A DNA stretch of 63,825 nucleotides, filler included, from Octopus bimaculoides (GCF_001194135.2; 6 parts of 6 records of this genome joined end to end with filler, not necessarily neighbours in it), one strand, 5' to 3'; counted from the whole stretch's first letter, positions 24,670 to 37,529 are shown. Notes: generated by a model not told the origin, from the letters alone. Translations and numbers: made by a program.

Positions 24670-25390
24670 CTCTTGACTACACAAGTTTGTGACTGACCAA
24701 AAAGTGTTTCACAATCATTGGATGTAATTGATCAATTTTTACCAGCTCATTTAAAAAATTACTACGAAATTATCCTATCACGTAAAATTTCTTCTCAAAA
24801 TCGATACTATATCCGAATTTGACTACTAGACTATAACAGCATAACTAAATGTGTAATTTTGAAAAATAAGCATCTGGCAGTATTTAGACGGCTTCATCTG
24901 TACAGAGAAGTGCTTTCATCACTGTCACTTCAGCCATCCGCAAGCAGTGAGGAGAAAAAGAAGCGCTTTACAGGCTTACATTGCTTAGGGTAAAAAGTAT
25001 CGCTTCTTTTATGTCAGGCATTTCCTCATGCCTTTTTAGAAGGTACATGTATCACAAGTCACATTTCAATGCTTATTTAATGCTATTATGTACACTTTAA
25101 TGATATTATATATGCAGTTTAAAAAATGCCCCCTTCCTCTTTCCTTACTGACCTCCGCACCATTTGAAGCAACAATATCTTCTAGACGTGCAGCAAGCGC
25201 AGATAACTTTTATTACATTTATGGCGAGTTTATGACTGAGAAACGTCAGCGAGACTTTACCGAATTTGTCAAAATATCTTATTATGTCTACTTTGGTATG
25301 AAATTAAGAGATTCGGATGAGAAGTGGTCTCCTCATAAGGCCTTCTCGATTTTTGTTGAAGAACTAAGACAATTGATCCCGAAAGAATGA
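24670..25390 (+). mobile_element. Chapaev3-like (CMC) transposon 5' relic
   Basis: ADNFYYIYGEF...VKISYYVYFGMKLRDSDEKWSPHKAFSIFVEELR resembles the FCYICG...YFG-x-KLGDQDK-x-WAPH-x2-C-x2-C zinc-binding N-terminus; 5' boundary approximate. Confidence 0.6.
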
Positions 25391-26767
25391 AAGACAAAGT
25401 TAACTCCTGCAGGATTTGAATTTAAAGCGCGAAGACCCAGAACAAATACTGCGAGTAATTTTTTATTCCCAGAAAATCCGTTATATTTCCTTCTTCACAT
25501 ATATTTTGTAATGTAACGCCACATATATTTTGTAATGTAAGGAACAACTTCAGCGGCAATTTAAATGCTCGTGCGTCTGCCGTTTTCTGTCCAACAATTT
25601 GGTAAGTGCCCATAAGAATAGGTTATGTCACCCTTTGTCAAAGACATCTTCACGGGTATCCATATTTTCGCAGATGACCATCACAGGAATAGATTGCGTG
25701 TCCAGGTTCGCATGTCGCCCTAAACCAGCATGATCGATCGCGTTGAAGTTTTTCTTCAACGGTTGCAAAGTAACAACTTCAGGATAAATACATGGTCAAG
25801 AAAGGGACTTCAAAATAACTGAATTTCAGAGAAGAGAGGCTTGGGAAATTTTTAGTATGGACCAGGGAGTAAGTGTGAAGATAAAATACGGGTGACCAGA
25901 GGAAGAGAGACGTGTGAATTTGATGGCCCCGAGTGGATGAAGCACAAGTTCAGTTAGTTCCAGGAGCTACTACAGTACTGCTACTGTTGTATTACTACTA
26001 CAGTGACAGAGGTTACAGTACTAACAGTCGTTACTGTAGTAAAAGAAGTTACAGTAGTAACAGAGGTTGCTGTACTAGTAATACAATAGGCGAATGAGAA
26101 TAGACCTCAGATAGGATCAGAGATTGGTGAGTAATGGTGAGAGCCTTCGTGCCAATCAAGCAGCCGATCCTGTTTGATGATACAACTTAGAGTGAATTGA
26201 AACTATGTATTAGAAGAATTTAGCCGGTATCCTGCTCCAGGTTCTTCCCGTTCACCTTTTACAACCTTACAACACTGGTATCAGCAATTAGCACAAAACA
26301 AGTTTATAGAAAATGTACAGAGACGATTAAATCGTGTCAAAACAGAGTCGGCTTCAGTTATTTATTTTAACGAACTTTAGGGGATGAAAGACAAAATCAG
26401 TCCCATTGGAGGTTAGAACGCAGGACTGAATAATGCATGGCACTTAACACAGTTACTAAATTTGCTTCAAAATACCGCCCTTCACTCGACATTTAGTAAT
26501 ATTGATTTCATACGCCATTGTGCTTTCAACTTGAAAATAACTAGTAAAAATTAAAAAAAATAAAAAGAAACCATTTTCGATTGATGTTTTTCGAGAATCT
26601 ACTAAAACTTGTACACACGGGTGTTGTAACCGTCTGTCAGACAGATTCTACTGAATTAAGCCATGTAGTGTTACATTAGCTCAACATGAAGATATATATG
26701 TATATACATGTACAGAAATATGAAACACACACACACACACACACAGACACACATACACACACGCACA

Positions 26768-26835
26768 CATGCGCAAACACACACACATGCGCAAACACAC
26801 ACACATGCGCAAACACACACACATGCGCAAACACA
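26768..26835. repeat. 18-bp tandem repeat (CATGCGCAAACACACACA) x about 4
   Basis: Direct reading. Confidence 0.85.
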
Positions 26836-27216
26836 CACGCATGCGTAAACACACACACATAAACGCATATACATGCACGCGCGCGCACACACACACACAA
26901 ACGCACACATACACAATGACACTTCGAGACAGCAAACATGTAAGATTACAGCCAAATGTTCATGCATACATTTAATAATTATATTTAGCCTTGCTTATAN
27001 NNNNNNNNNNNNNNNNNNNNNNNNNNNNNNNNNNNNNNNNNNNNNNNNNNNNNNNNNNNNNNNNNNNNNNNNNNNNNNNNNNNNNNNNNNNNNNNNNNNN
27101 NNNNNNNNNNNNNNNNNNNNNNNNNNNNNNNNNNNNNNNATACTTACGTGTGCGCGTGTGTCTGTATATCTGTGTGTGTATGTATGTATGTATGTATATA
27201 TGTGTGTGTATATATG

Positions 27217-27273
<57 letters not shown>

Positions 27274-27913
27274 GTGTTTGCATGTATGTACGCTTGTATA
27301 GACCACCGTGCTCGCCCTCGGGTGCTATTTCTAACATGCACTACGATACATGTTGCATGTTTGTGTTATCGACGAGGAAATTGGCTCCCTCACCTTGTGA
27401 GAAAAGTTGCTAAGGACAAAAGAACCTAACGTATCATCAATAAACGTACATTGGAATATTTCGTTCTAGTATTTGGCATCATAACACAGGGATAATCACC
27501 ACGATGAGAGAGTGCCCTGCAAAATTACCTTTCAGTGACGGATTTGCAGTTCTTGTTCGTTAGAGTACATATCTAGAAGTTTAGTGTGATGTAAACCAGA
27601 AGATCCTTCAGTTTGCAGCTGTTTTCCCGACAATACTGGTCCCTCACAATGGAAGCTATTCTATATGAAAAGTGAATGATGTTCTGTACAAATTTCTCTC
27701 AATGTAGTAAGTTACATAGGTACGTCTTAGAAACCACACTACAGAGCTCGCACAGTTCTCTGGGGCGCTGGCGAGTAGTGGAATATCCAGGGTTGACGAA
27801 TTGTATGTGTGTAAAGGGGGAACCTACAGCTAAACGGCTTGTGGGTGTTGGTTCCTTCTTTTCAAATCTATAGCAAAACTATGGAAATACTTGACATTAC
27901 CTTGAGTGACTAG

Positions 27914-28139
27914 TGGAGGCGCAATGACCCAGTGGTTAGGACAGCGGACTCGCGGTCATAGGATCGCGGTTTCAATTCATTCCCAGACCGGGCGTTGTGA
28001 GTGTTTCTTGAGCAAAAACACTTAAAGCTCCACGAGGCTCCGGCAGGGGATGGTGGCAAACCCTGCTGTACTCTTTTACCACAACTTTCTCTCACTCTTA
28101 CTTCCTGTTTCTATTGTGCCTGTAATTCAAAGGGTCAGC
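27914..28139 (+). mobile_element. tRNA-derived SINE 'family C'
   Basis: A-box TGACCCAGTGG and B-box-like GGTTTCAATTC head followed by non-tRNA body AAAGCTCCACGAGGCTCCGGCAGGGG...; cut off by the MITE at 28140. Confidence 0.75.
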
Positions 28140-28492
28140 GGATCTAGTTCAAAACGGGGGCACTAGTTTTCATTTATGTTTTATGTTGTGTTTTTGGTAC
28201 CGAAAGACTTTCAAACTTCGTATACTTATCTATTTTGTGTTATAGAACAGAAAAAAAATTTTGTATTCGAAGTTATTTCATGTAAAAAATTGTCTTATTT
28301 CGATAATTCCAACCAATCACAGACAAGTATTCAGCTGTTTACAGTTACTCCTTTGGCAGTTTAAGCGGTGTAAAGCGAATTTAATCTCCATTACTTCTGA
28401 CATTTTGCAGAGAGGCAACACACGTGTGTTCGTTTTCCTTCGTTTTATTTTTAATATAATTTCGTTAACATCTGCCTGAACTGTATGTGTAC
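28140..28492. mobile_element. Second copy of the 4315 MITE family (left part), inserted at the SINE C end
   Basis: TIR variant GGATCTAGTTCAAAACGGGGGCAC followed by about 150 bp nearly identical to 4350-4471. Confidence 0.85.
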
Positions 28493-28592
28493 NNNNNNNN
28501 NNNNNNNNNNNNNNNNNNNNNNNNNNNNNNNNNNNNTTAATTAATTAANNNNNNNNNNNNNNNNNNNNNNNNNNNNNNNNNNNNNNNNNNNN
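28493..28592. other. Artificial scaffold-join linker
   Basis: 44N + TTAATTAATTAA (28537-28548) + 44N. Confidence 0.95.
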
Positions 28593-28758
28593 CATGCATA
28601 CACGCATATGCTTACATTTCATATACGTGCTTATATATGCATAGACATAAACATGGCGCATTTTGCCGCATGATAGATGCTGCATCATCGAATCTGCATG
28701 AAAATTTTCAAGTTGTACTTTTAAACAAAAAAGTAGGTCTTCTATGCTTCAAAATACG

Positions 28759-28813
<55 letters not shown>

Positions 28814-28853
28814 GTACCAACTCCATCTGCTGGTTATTTAATCAATTATCATT

Positions 28854-28911
<58 letters not shown>

Positions 28912-30771
28912 GTGCGTTATAAATTTTGCTAAGTTGGGATGCACATTTCCCCCGTACATTTAATTCCCACACTTAGATCTCATTGTGACCTCCTTTGTTT
29001 TCCATTTTAGGCCCCTTTTAGTTGATAATCAGACGTTAAATTACCTACACCCTTCCTCTTTCTGGTTATCACCTCGTCTCTATATATATCATTATCTTGT
29101 TAGCCATCTTCTAAGATATATTCTTTTATGTAGATATAACCGATTTTATGGTCACAGTAAAATAAGGGCAGGGAAGAGTATCTGACATTAATTAATTTAT
29201 CACCAACAGCAAGAACTTAACTGTCAATTCCCAATGGTTTTAATTCTAAGGGGACTACTTACTGCATTGGGTCTTTTGAATGTGATAAGGATAAACATAA
29301 ATGTAGCTATGTCACCATTCCTTTTTCTTGACCCCCATTATTTTCTTCTGCCGCTCTAAATTATAGTAGGCTTTAGGTACTCTTTCTCTAAATTCATTCT
29401 GCTGCAATAATAGCAAAAATAAGAAATGTAATTATTTTAGTCCCTTGTACTGATAAAAAAAAATTTCTAAAAAAGATGTTATGGTGTATCCTTTATGTTG
29501 GAAGTCTATATGGTCGTATGCAACCGAGGAGAGCAGTTTATTTCAAACTGATGTAATGTTTGCGTTGATCGATTAAATGGAGCCGCTTGAAACGTCCGTA
29601 ATGCACTGATACCTGGACATTCTTGTTACTTATTTGCTTTTTATTCACCTAACTTCGAGCTGTGCGGACAATACCGGACTGACTTGGTGCCTCAACTTAA
29701 GTATCTAATTCTACTGAATCTTATATATATTCATGTACATACACACACATCAGGCATAAACATGGTTTTGCATACGCTCAGTCATATATACATATATGTG
29801 CACATATAAGATGCAGATACATAAATACACTCGCACACACACATATATATATCTATATATATATATATATCCCCTCTATGTGTATTTGTGCGATTTTATA
29901 TACTTACATATACGCATATACATACACATATTAAATACACCACTTTATGTACTCACACATATACAACCATACTCACATATAAACACGCACGCACACATAA
30001 CTATACTCATGTGCAGACACGTACAAAGACGTGTGCACATTTATGCGCACATATACGAGTACACAATGTGTGCATATCTGTATATAAATACACCAGACCA
30101 CATAAATATATATACTAAAAACAGCACAAACAAACGAATGGCGGAAATATAAAACTGACATATAAATTACTTTCCACGCTGCAATGATTAGAGAAGTCAA
30201 AGAATGATTTAAGTTTCACACTATTTGATTTTCCTCACGAGAATCTAAGAAAAAGTGAAGAAAGAGTTAAATATATTGGTTAAATATCATGTTGTGTTCT
30301 TTAACAAAAAAAGTGTCTCCGCTACATTTTTGTCGCCGAAGAAGAAGAAATTATACATAACTTAAAACATTCCTCGACATTTTTCTTCACTCCAGCATGA
30401 AAGTAATATATTAAAATTTCCCTCCCACCCCCGTTATTTCTGTGTTGTTTTAAGCTATTTCCTTGAATTTCTTGAACACCGACAAGATACTCTGATCTGT
30501 TTTCTTTGAGTAACATTATTTGGTGTACATACATACATACATACATACATACGCTGAACTAAGATATTTGCAGCTACTCTACACAGGCTACAAGTTTAGG
30601 TTTACACCAGTAATTATTGAGACTCTGGGATGTGTAACACACTGCCTAAATAACAATCTTGAGAAATTAGGCTTATCAAAAGCAGACAGTTGATTCGAAG
30701 ACAACAGATTCGAGTCATCAATGGAACTGTAAAAATGTAAAAATGAATTTTGTTTTTCATTTTTCGAAAGA

Positions 30772-30989
30772 TAAGAGGAGAAGCTGAAAAGTTCCTGGCT
30801 TTAAGAGTATCATGAAATATCTGGTTGGAGCCCTAGCATTCTGAATTCTTTTACAAGGTTTCGAAAAGCTGAAGGACTGCTGCAATAAGTGTGTGAATCT
30901 AAGAAGAGGATATGTTGAATAGAATCATAATTAACTGATCCTCCTATATCTTCTTTGACTCAAAGCCCAAAACTTTTCAGCGTCCCCTC

Positions 30990-30992
<3 letters not shown>
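30772..30992 (+). mobile_element. Mariner-derived MITE (about 220 bp)
   Basis: TIRs GAGGAGAAGCTGAAAAGTTCCTGGCTTT / AAAGCCCAAAACTTTTCAGCGTCCCCTCGTA; interior encodes KLKDCCNKCVNLRRGYVE*, the mariner transposase C-terminus. Confidence 0.85.
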
Positions 30993-31032
<40 letters not shown>

Positions 31033-31033
31033 A

Positions 31034-31252
31034 ACAAGAGGGTGCTAAAAAGTTTCTGGTTTTAAGGACACCACGAAACGCCTGGCTGAAGGCCCAGCCT
31101 TCCTACTTCTATAGCAGGCCTTCGAAAAACTGACGGACCGCTGCAATAAGTGTGTGAACCTAAGAGGGGAAAATGCTGGATGAAATCATAATTAAATGGT
31201 CCTCCTGTATTTTGTTTTACTCAAAGCCAAGAACTTTTCAGCAACCCACCAT
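31034..31252 (+). mobile_element. Second tandem copy of the mariner-derived MITE
   Basis: Same TIRs and GCTGCAATAAGTGTGTGAA core; separated from the first copy by (TA)n. Confidence 0.85.
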
Positions 31253-32463
31253 AAATATACTNNNNNNNNNNNNNNNNNNNNNNNNNNNNNNNNNNNNNNN
31301 NNNNNNNNNNNNNNNNNNNNNNNNNNNNNNNNNNNNNNNNNNNNNNNNNNNNNNNNNNNNNNNNNNNNNNNNNNNNNNNNNNNNNNNNNNNNNNNNNNNN
31401 NNNNNNNNNNNNNNNNNNNNNNNNNNNNNNNNNNNNNNNNNNNNNNNNNNNNNNNNNNNNNNNNNNNNNNNNNNNNNNNNNNNNNNNNNNNNNNNNNNNN
31501 NNNNNNNNNNNNNNNNNNNNNNNNNNNNNNNNNNNNNNNNNNNNNNNNNNNNNNNNNNNNNNNNNNNNNNNNNNNNNNNNNNNNNNNNNNNNNNNNNNNN
31601 NNNNNNNNNNNNNNNNNNNNNNNNNNNNNNNNNNNNNNNNNNNNNNNNNNNNNNNNNNNNNNNNNNNNNNNNNNNNNNNNNNNNNNNNNNNNNNNNNNNN
31701 NNNNNNNNNNNNNNNNNNNNNNNNNNNNNNNNNNNNNNNNNNNNNNNNNNNNNNNNNNNNNNNNNNNNNNNNNNNNNNNNNNNNNNNNNNNNNNNNNNNN
31801 NNNNNNNNNNNNNNNNNNNNGTGCTCACAGTTAAGTTGCAGCAGATGAATTGCATATTACAAAAATTAGAGAGACAGAGAGAGAAAGAGGGAGATGAAGA
31901 GAGGGATAGAGAGAGTGGGAGAGAGAGAAAGAGTGGGAGACAGAGAGAGGTGAGAAGAAGGAGGAGAGGTAGTCAGCGTGAAAGACAGGGTGAGAGAGTG
32001 AGAGAGAGACCGAGTGAGAGGGAAGGGAGAAAGAGAAAGATTTTAATTGATGGGCGAATATCCAAAACTAGTCACCGATAAAGAGTGGAAGAGAGATAAG
32101 GGAGAAAAGGAGGAGAGAGAGAAAGAGAGAGGGAGAATAAGAGACGGAGCTAGAGGGAATGCGTCTGTGTGTGTTCGCGATATATATATATATATGAGAG
32201 AAAGAGAAAGAGAGCGAGAGGGATTGTCATAATAATGTATGTTGCCCACACTTTTAAAGCAGCATGTGTGTACATGATATTACATATTACGATGAAAACT
32301 ATCGCTTTATCGTGTTAAGCAAGCAGAGCGTCCTAGGACGGATGGCTTTCTTTTTAGTCAGGTTGTATTTATTTATATTTCCTAATCAGCAGCCATGTTA
32401 ATTTGAAAATGGTTGTTCTATTTACTGCAAGTACAACACTCGCACATACATACATATGTATGC

Positions 32464-32515
<52 letters not shown>

Positions 32516-33583
32516 NNNNNNNNNNNNNNNNNNNNNNNNNNNNNNNNNNNNNNNNNNNNNNNNNNNNNNNNNNNNNNNNNNNNNNNNNNNNNNNNNNNNN
32601 NNNNNNNNNNNNNNNNNNNNNNNNNNNNNNNNNNNNNNNNNNNNNNNNNNNNNNNNNNNNNNNNNNNNNNNNNNNNNNNNNNNNNNNNNNNNNNNNNNNN
32701 NNNNNNNNNNNNNNNNNNNNNNNNNNNNNNNNNNNNNNNNNNNNNNNNNNNNNNNNNNNNNNNNNNNNNNNNNNNNNNNNNNNNNNNNNNNNNNNNNNNN
32801 NNNNNNNNNNNNNNNNNNNNNNNNNNNNNNNNNNNNNNNNNNNNNNNNNNNNNNNNNNNNNNNNNNNNNNNNNNNNNNNNNNNNNNNNNNNNNNNNNNNN
32901 NNNNNNNNNNNNNNNNNNNNNNNNNNNNNNNNNNNNNNNNNNNNNNNNNNNNAATGGATGGCGATATTTATGGCACACACAGAACAAAAACAGAAGAGAA
33001 AAGCAAAAACAAACCTGCCTTAAGTTAACCATGTACGACGTTTCACGGTTAAGAGTATACAGCTACTCTAATCCGATCATCAGCATGGTGTTCGATAAAT
33101 TTGAAATATCGCCATCCATTAGAGAAAAATTTGTAGTTTGGAATCAGTAGTTCTTTGACAGCTATTTCTAAATTTTCAGTATGTTGGAGAAGCAACTCAT
33201 GCTAAGCCCTATATATTTATGATTATATATATATATGTATAAAATACATTCTCCATGTAAGTCGACCGCCATGATATGGCTGTGTGGTAAAAGTTTCGCC
33301 TCCTAACCACATGATTCCGTGTTCAATCCCACTGAGTGAGGGACACCGTCGGCAAGAGTGTCTTCTACTATAGATCTAGGCCGGCGAGAGCTATAGCAGA
33401 AGGATGAAAGGCAAAGCCAATCTCAGTGGAGTTTGCACTTAGAACGCAAAGAACCGGAAGAAATGCTGCTAAGCAGGAAATGTGGGTTCGATTCCCACTG
33501 GCAGCCTGCCTTCGACTTTCTCTATCCCAAAGAGTTTTCTAACTAATATTTATATGCTATTATTTATAGTTATAATATATGTG

Positions 33584-33630
<47 letters not shown>

Positions 33631-34487
33631 NNNNNNNNNNAAGAACGGAAATTGCCGAAACTGACCGGTCTGTATAAGGAATTCTCGATCAGTATTTTCG
33701 GGCGATCAGAGTCTCTGTCAGTATATATGAGCAATTTAACTCTTATTTCTAGTAATGTAGTTGTTTCTAACACCCTAGTCATATTTAGTGACAATTGTAG
33801 TTTTTCTTTTCGGTAAAACAATCCACACTGCTGTCTATATTAATTTTCCCTGTCTGCCTGTCTGTCTCTGCGTGTGTTTGTATCTCTCTATAACAATTTG
33901 TTTAAATGTGACATCTGTAACCGAGTCAGACACGTTTATAAGTGACAGCAGTGTCATATTTTTGACAGGTTTTTTAGTAACTGTCTCGTATTTAAGTGTT
34001 TAATTTGCAAGTATTTATTATGTATTTCTGTTGCTTAGCTCCAAGTTTAACCTCATCGAGCTAATATGTGATCAATTGTTTTCCGTTGTTTTGTCGGTCA
34101 CAATGTATCTAGGACTATGACGTTCAAGGTGTTCTCCCTTTTCGAAACGATACGATGTAACTGGAGGGAGATTTGGCTGTTATCTCTAGCAGATTGAGCG
34201 ACCGCGTGGAGACTCACTTGATGACTTATTTAGTATGTGATAAGTGTATAAATGTTCAGTATCAGTTTCATATGTAAGCATCTTGTATGTACATGTTTAA
34301 GATGTAAGCGCTTAGTATGTGAGTGTGTAATACGCAAGTGTTTCTTCCATATGTGAGTGATTAGTATTATATATCACCGTTTAGGGTAGAAGAGGATAAT
34401 ATGCATGCAAGCACACAAACACGCGACAATTAATTGTGTGAGTGGTAAGTGTTTAAGCAAACGTTTAATATGAATGCGTTTACTAGG

Positions 34488-34690
34488 GCAGTGAGCTAGC
34501 ATAATCATTAGCATGCCGTGTAAAAATTCGGAACAACACTTCGTCCGTTTTTACGTTCCGAGTTCAGATTCCGCTGAGGTTGATTTTGTCTTTCATCCAT
34601 TCGGGGTCGATAAAATAAGTACCAGCTGTGAACTGGGGCCGATGTGATCGACTTACTCTCTCCCTTGAACTTGTGGCAAAATTTGAAACC
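34488..34690 (+). mobile_element. SINE family A
   Basis: GAGCTAGCATAATCATTAGCATGCCG...GAGTTCAGATTCCGCTGAGG...GGGGTCGATAAAATAAGTACCAG. Confidence 0.8.
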
Positions 34691-35026
34691 GATATGAACG
34701 CGTTTAGTGTATGTGCTTCCTACGCCTGTCTGGTCTTGTACTAATGAGCAAAATATGTTAAGATTACTTTAGCACACTAGAATGCATCTGATACAACGGT
34801 ATATCTCCTGGGGTTCGTTTCGTATATCATTTAATATGTTAATTTGTAACATATATTCTAGCAATCTCTAATGTGTTTCATCACGTGATTATTGTTTTTA
34901 ATGTCCATTATTTCATACTTAAAAATTAGATTAGTAATTTGTGAGATGGCACAAATATTGTCTCTATATCTTTTATCATGATTGCCAAAGTGAGATAAAA
35001 ACTATTGCATTCAGTTAGCAATTACG

Positions 35027-35225
35027 AAATGGCAGAATTGTTAGCACGCCGGACAAAATATTAAGCAACATTTCTTCTGGCCCCGGTTTTACGTTCCAAG
35101 TTCAAATGCTGCCGAGGTCAACTATGCCTTTCATCCTTCCAGAGTCGATAAAATCGGTACCAGTTGTGCGATGGCGTCGATGAAATCGACCTGTCCATCC
35201 CCTCAACATTGTTGGCTTTGTGCCA
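35027..35225 (+). mobile_element. SINE family A
   Basis: TGGCAGAATTGTTAGCACGCCGG...AAGTTCAAATGCTGCCGAGGTCAAC. Confidence 0.8.
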
Positions 35226-35540
35226 AAAATTATAAAGACTTATTAGCGAAATTTATTCCACAAAGCATAGTATGTACCACAAACTTACTAATGTACAGGT
35301 TATGCTATGAACTAATCAATTTGAATCACATCTGTTCCTCATAGACCATATCCTATCTAATCGTTCGAACATCTCTCTTTCTCTCTCTTTTCCTCCTGTT
35401 CATAGACTCGAGTATCCCCAAAGAATCTTCTGTCTCAGATTTCCCTTTCGGCTACATTAATAAATTGTCAAGCATCACTAAACCTCTACATTACTTTGCA
35501 GATGAGATACTACCTCCACTTCATTTAGTTATATTCAATA

Positions 35541-35672
35541 TTAATATAGATGTTTTCGATCAAGTTTGGATTTTTTGCCATCAAATTTGAATTCTTTGCA
35601 ATCAAATTTGATGGCCAAGAATTCAAATTTGATAGCAAAGAATCCAAGCTAGATCGAAAGCATCTATATTAA
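35541..35672. repeat. 132-bp near-perfect palindrome (fold-back element)
   Basis: 56-bp arms with 5 mismatches, near-palindromic 20-bp centre, internal 21-bp periodicity, TTAA at both ends. Confidence 0.9.
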
Positions 35673-36944
35673 CAACCTCTATTAAGCACTTCTATAATCG
35701 AAACTACCTAGATCTCTCTTTCCCTGACACTTTTCTGGGAGTTTCTTTACGATGATATAACACAAAGATATCCCATTACATATCGACTTCTTGAAACCCT
35801 GTCTAAACATAGAAACCCCATCAAACCAGATATAGAGTCACTATCTTTAAACCTCATAACTCCATGTATATGTTTGTTAGAATCGCTAAAACTCCATCAA
35901 GGAGATATAATCCGTCCTTTCTGCTAAGAGGTCAATAATTTTTGATATCCGTGCAGAGTTCACATTTTACTGAAAAATTACACCACAGAACACTGTTTCC
36001 ATGTCATTGATCTGCACTTCCTTAATATATTATCAAGGCTTCCGGGAAAAACTTGATTGAAATTTATCTCTTGAAAAAGATGTGAACTTTTCTCCCATCA
36101 TTATAGTGAGATAAGTCTCGGCTACTGATGCTTCTAGAATAGCTTCTGCTCTTTATAATGTAATCGTTGTGTTCTACTTCTGTTTAAACATATCTGTCGT
36201 TCTTCTTATCGCAGTCTTTCCAGTATTTCTAACAGCGGACCCCATGTCAATCAATACGTTCAGATCATTATTCTCAGGACCGACTCCCTTTAGATATTCT
36301 CTCAACTTTCTTCTTTTAAATATTAGGCCGACATACTAACCTATAATATCAAAGATTGCTTCTTACTGATTTTGTGCTTGAGTATGAGGCGACAGTTTTA
36401 TTGAAGAGGCAACGTGATTACGTGACGTTTGTCCCTTTCTGAACGGCAAAAGTCACTAGAATGAAGGTAACTGAATTCAACCAAAATTCCTCCTTTAAAT
36501 TTTTTACTAACTACACCAATCTAATTTCTAGAATTTTAGTTCGAGATAAACTCATAAAATCGTATGGAATTCCTTCATTCTACCACACTACAAACATCAT
36601 GCTTATTTCAACTGAATTAACTTCTTTCTATCTTGGTGATTTCTAACTTCATAATAGTCTATGTGTATCAGGTGAACGTCATGTTCTTCATCTCCTAGGA
36701 AATGGACTGAAGCTATCTTTCTCAGGTTTACAGCATTTATTTTCCCAAGACTTTACAGTTTCAGGTGTACCAATCTATCTAATTAGATTAGAGCAATGTT
36801 ATCTGAACTAAATCATTTGCCGCTAGTAACATATTTTGAAAAGCTTAGGGCATACTTAAATGAAACGAAATATTTCAAGCAACAACTATGCTCACTCACT
36901 TAAAGTAGAACCTGAATAAGTTTCAATAATTAAAAAATTATAAA

Positions 36945-37120
36945 GGCGGCGAGTTGGCTCAATCGTTATGGTACCGGGTAAAATGCATAGCGCCAGTTCG
37001 TCCGTCTTTACATTCTGAGTTCAAATTCCAACGAGGTCATCTTTGTATAACATCTTTGCATAGTATAAGTACCAGTTGAGCACTAGAATCGATGTAATCG
37101 ACTTAGACCCTCCCCCGTGC
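36945..37120 (+). mobile_element. SINE family A
   Basis: GGCGGCGAGTTGGCTCAATCGTTA...TGAGTTCAAATTCC...AAGTACCAGTTGAGCAC. Confidence 0.8.
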
Positions 37121-37184
37121 CAAAATATAAAACTAATAATTAAAAAAAAGTATGTTATCTGCCAGAATGATAAATTACACTTAC

Positions 37185-37529
37185 CTTCAGAGAGAGATCC
37201 AAAAGTTGTTTCGCTAATTTTTCTTTCTCCTTTTCATTATTAGTAATTGTCAATTTATCTAAAGTTTGTTTAATGTTTAGGTAAGCCCAAAGATTTTCTG
37301 GTATGTTTTTGACTTCATTATCTGTCAGAAAACCGAATTTCTTTTTAGACTTATCTAAGCGAATTCTTTTAAATTTCTTTGAGCGTTTTATCATTCCATT
37401 GCTTGTTGTAGCGACAAGATTCCACGAAGTTGGTTTAACGTAACTATCTGATAATTTCCCAGCTACTATTGTTTCAGTACCGTTGAAATATTGGTTGAAT
37501 TCGCTTTTCGTTAACGATCCATTATCGAC
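37185..37529 (-). CDS. ITIH-like protein exon: post-vWA region
   Basis: VDNGSLTKSEFNQYFNGTETIVAGKL...IPENLWAYLNIKQTLDKL...LAKQLLDLSLK matches the ITIH motifs F-x-GSE-x-VVAGKL and ERLWAYLTIQQLL...ALNLSL. Acceptor ttgactttcag|, donor AAG|gtaagt. 345 nt, phase 0 to 0. Confidence 0.93.

Noticed and set aside
27914-27995. tRNA gene
   Set aside because: A/B-box-like head but no complete cloverleaf (insertion in the T arm), and it continues into a SINE body.
35750-36200. Penelope RT relic on the + strand
   Set aside because: Only vague resemblance (SSHFTEKL, PQNTVSMSL) across frames; not enough to call.
28593-37184. Next ITIH exon (Y-x-FVTPLTS)
   Set aside because: Manual search for the F-V-T codon pattern on the minus strand found none; probably in a gap or unassembled.
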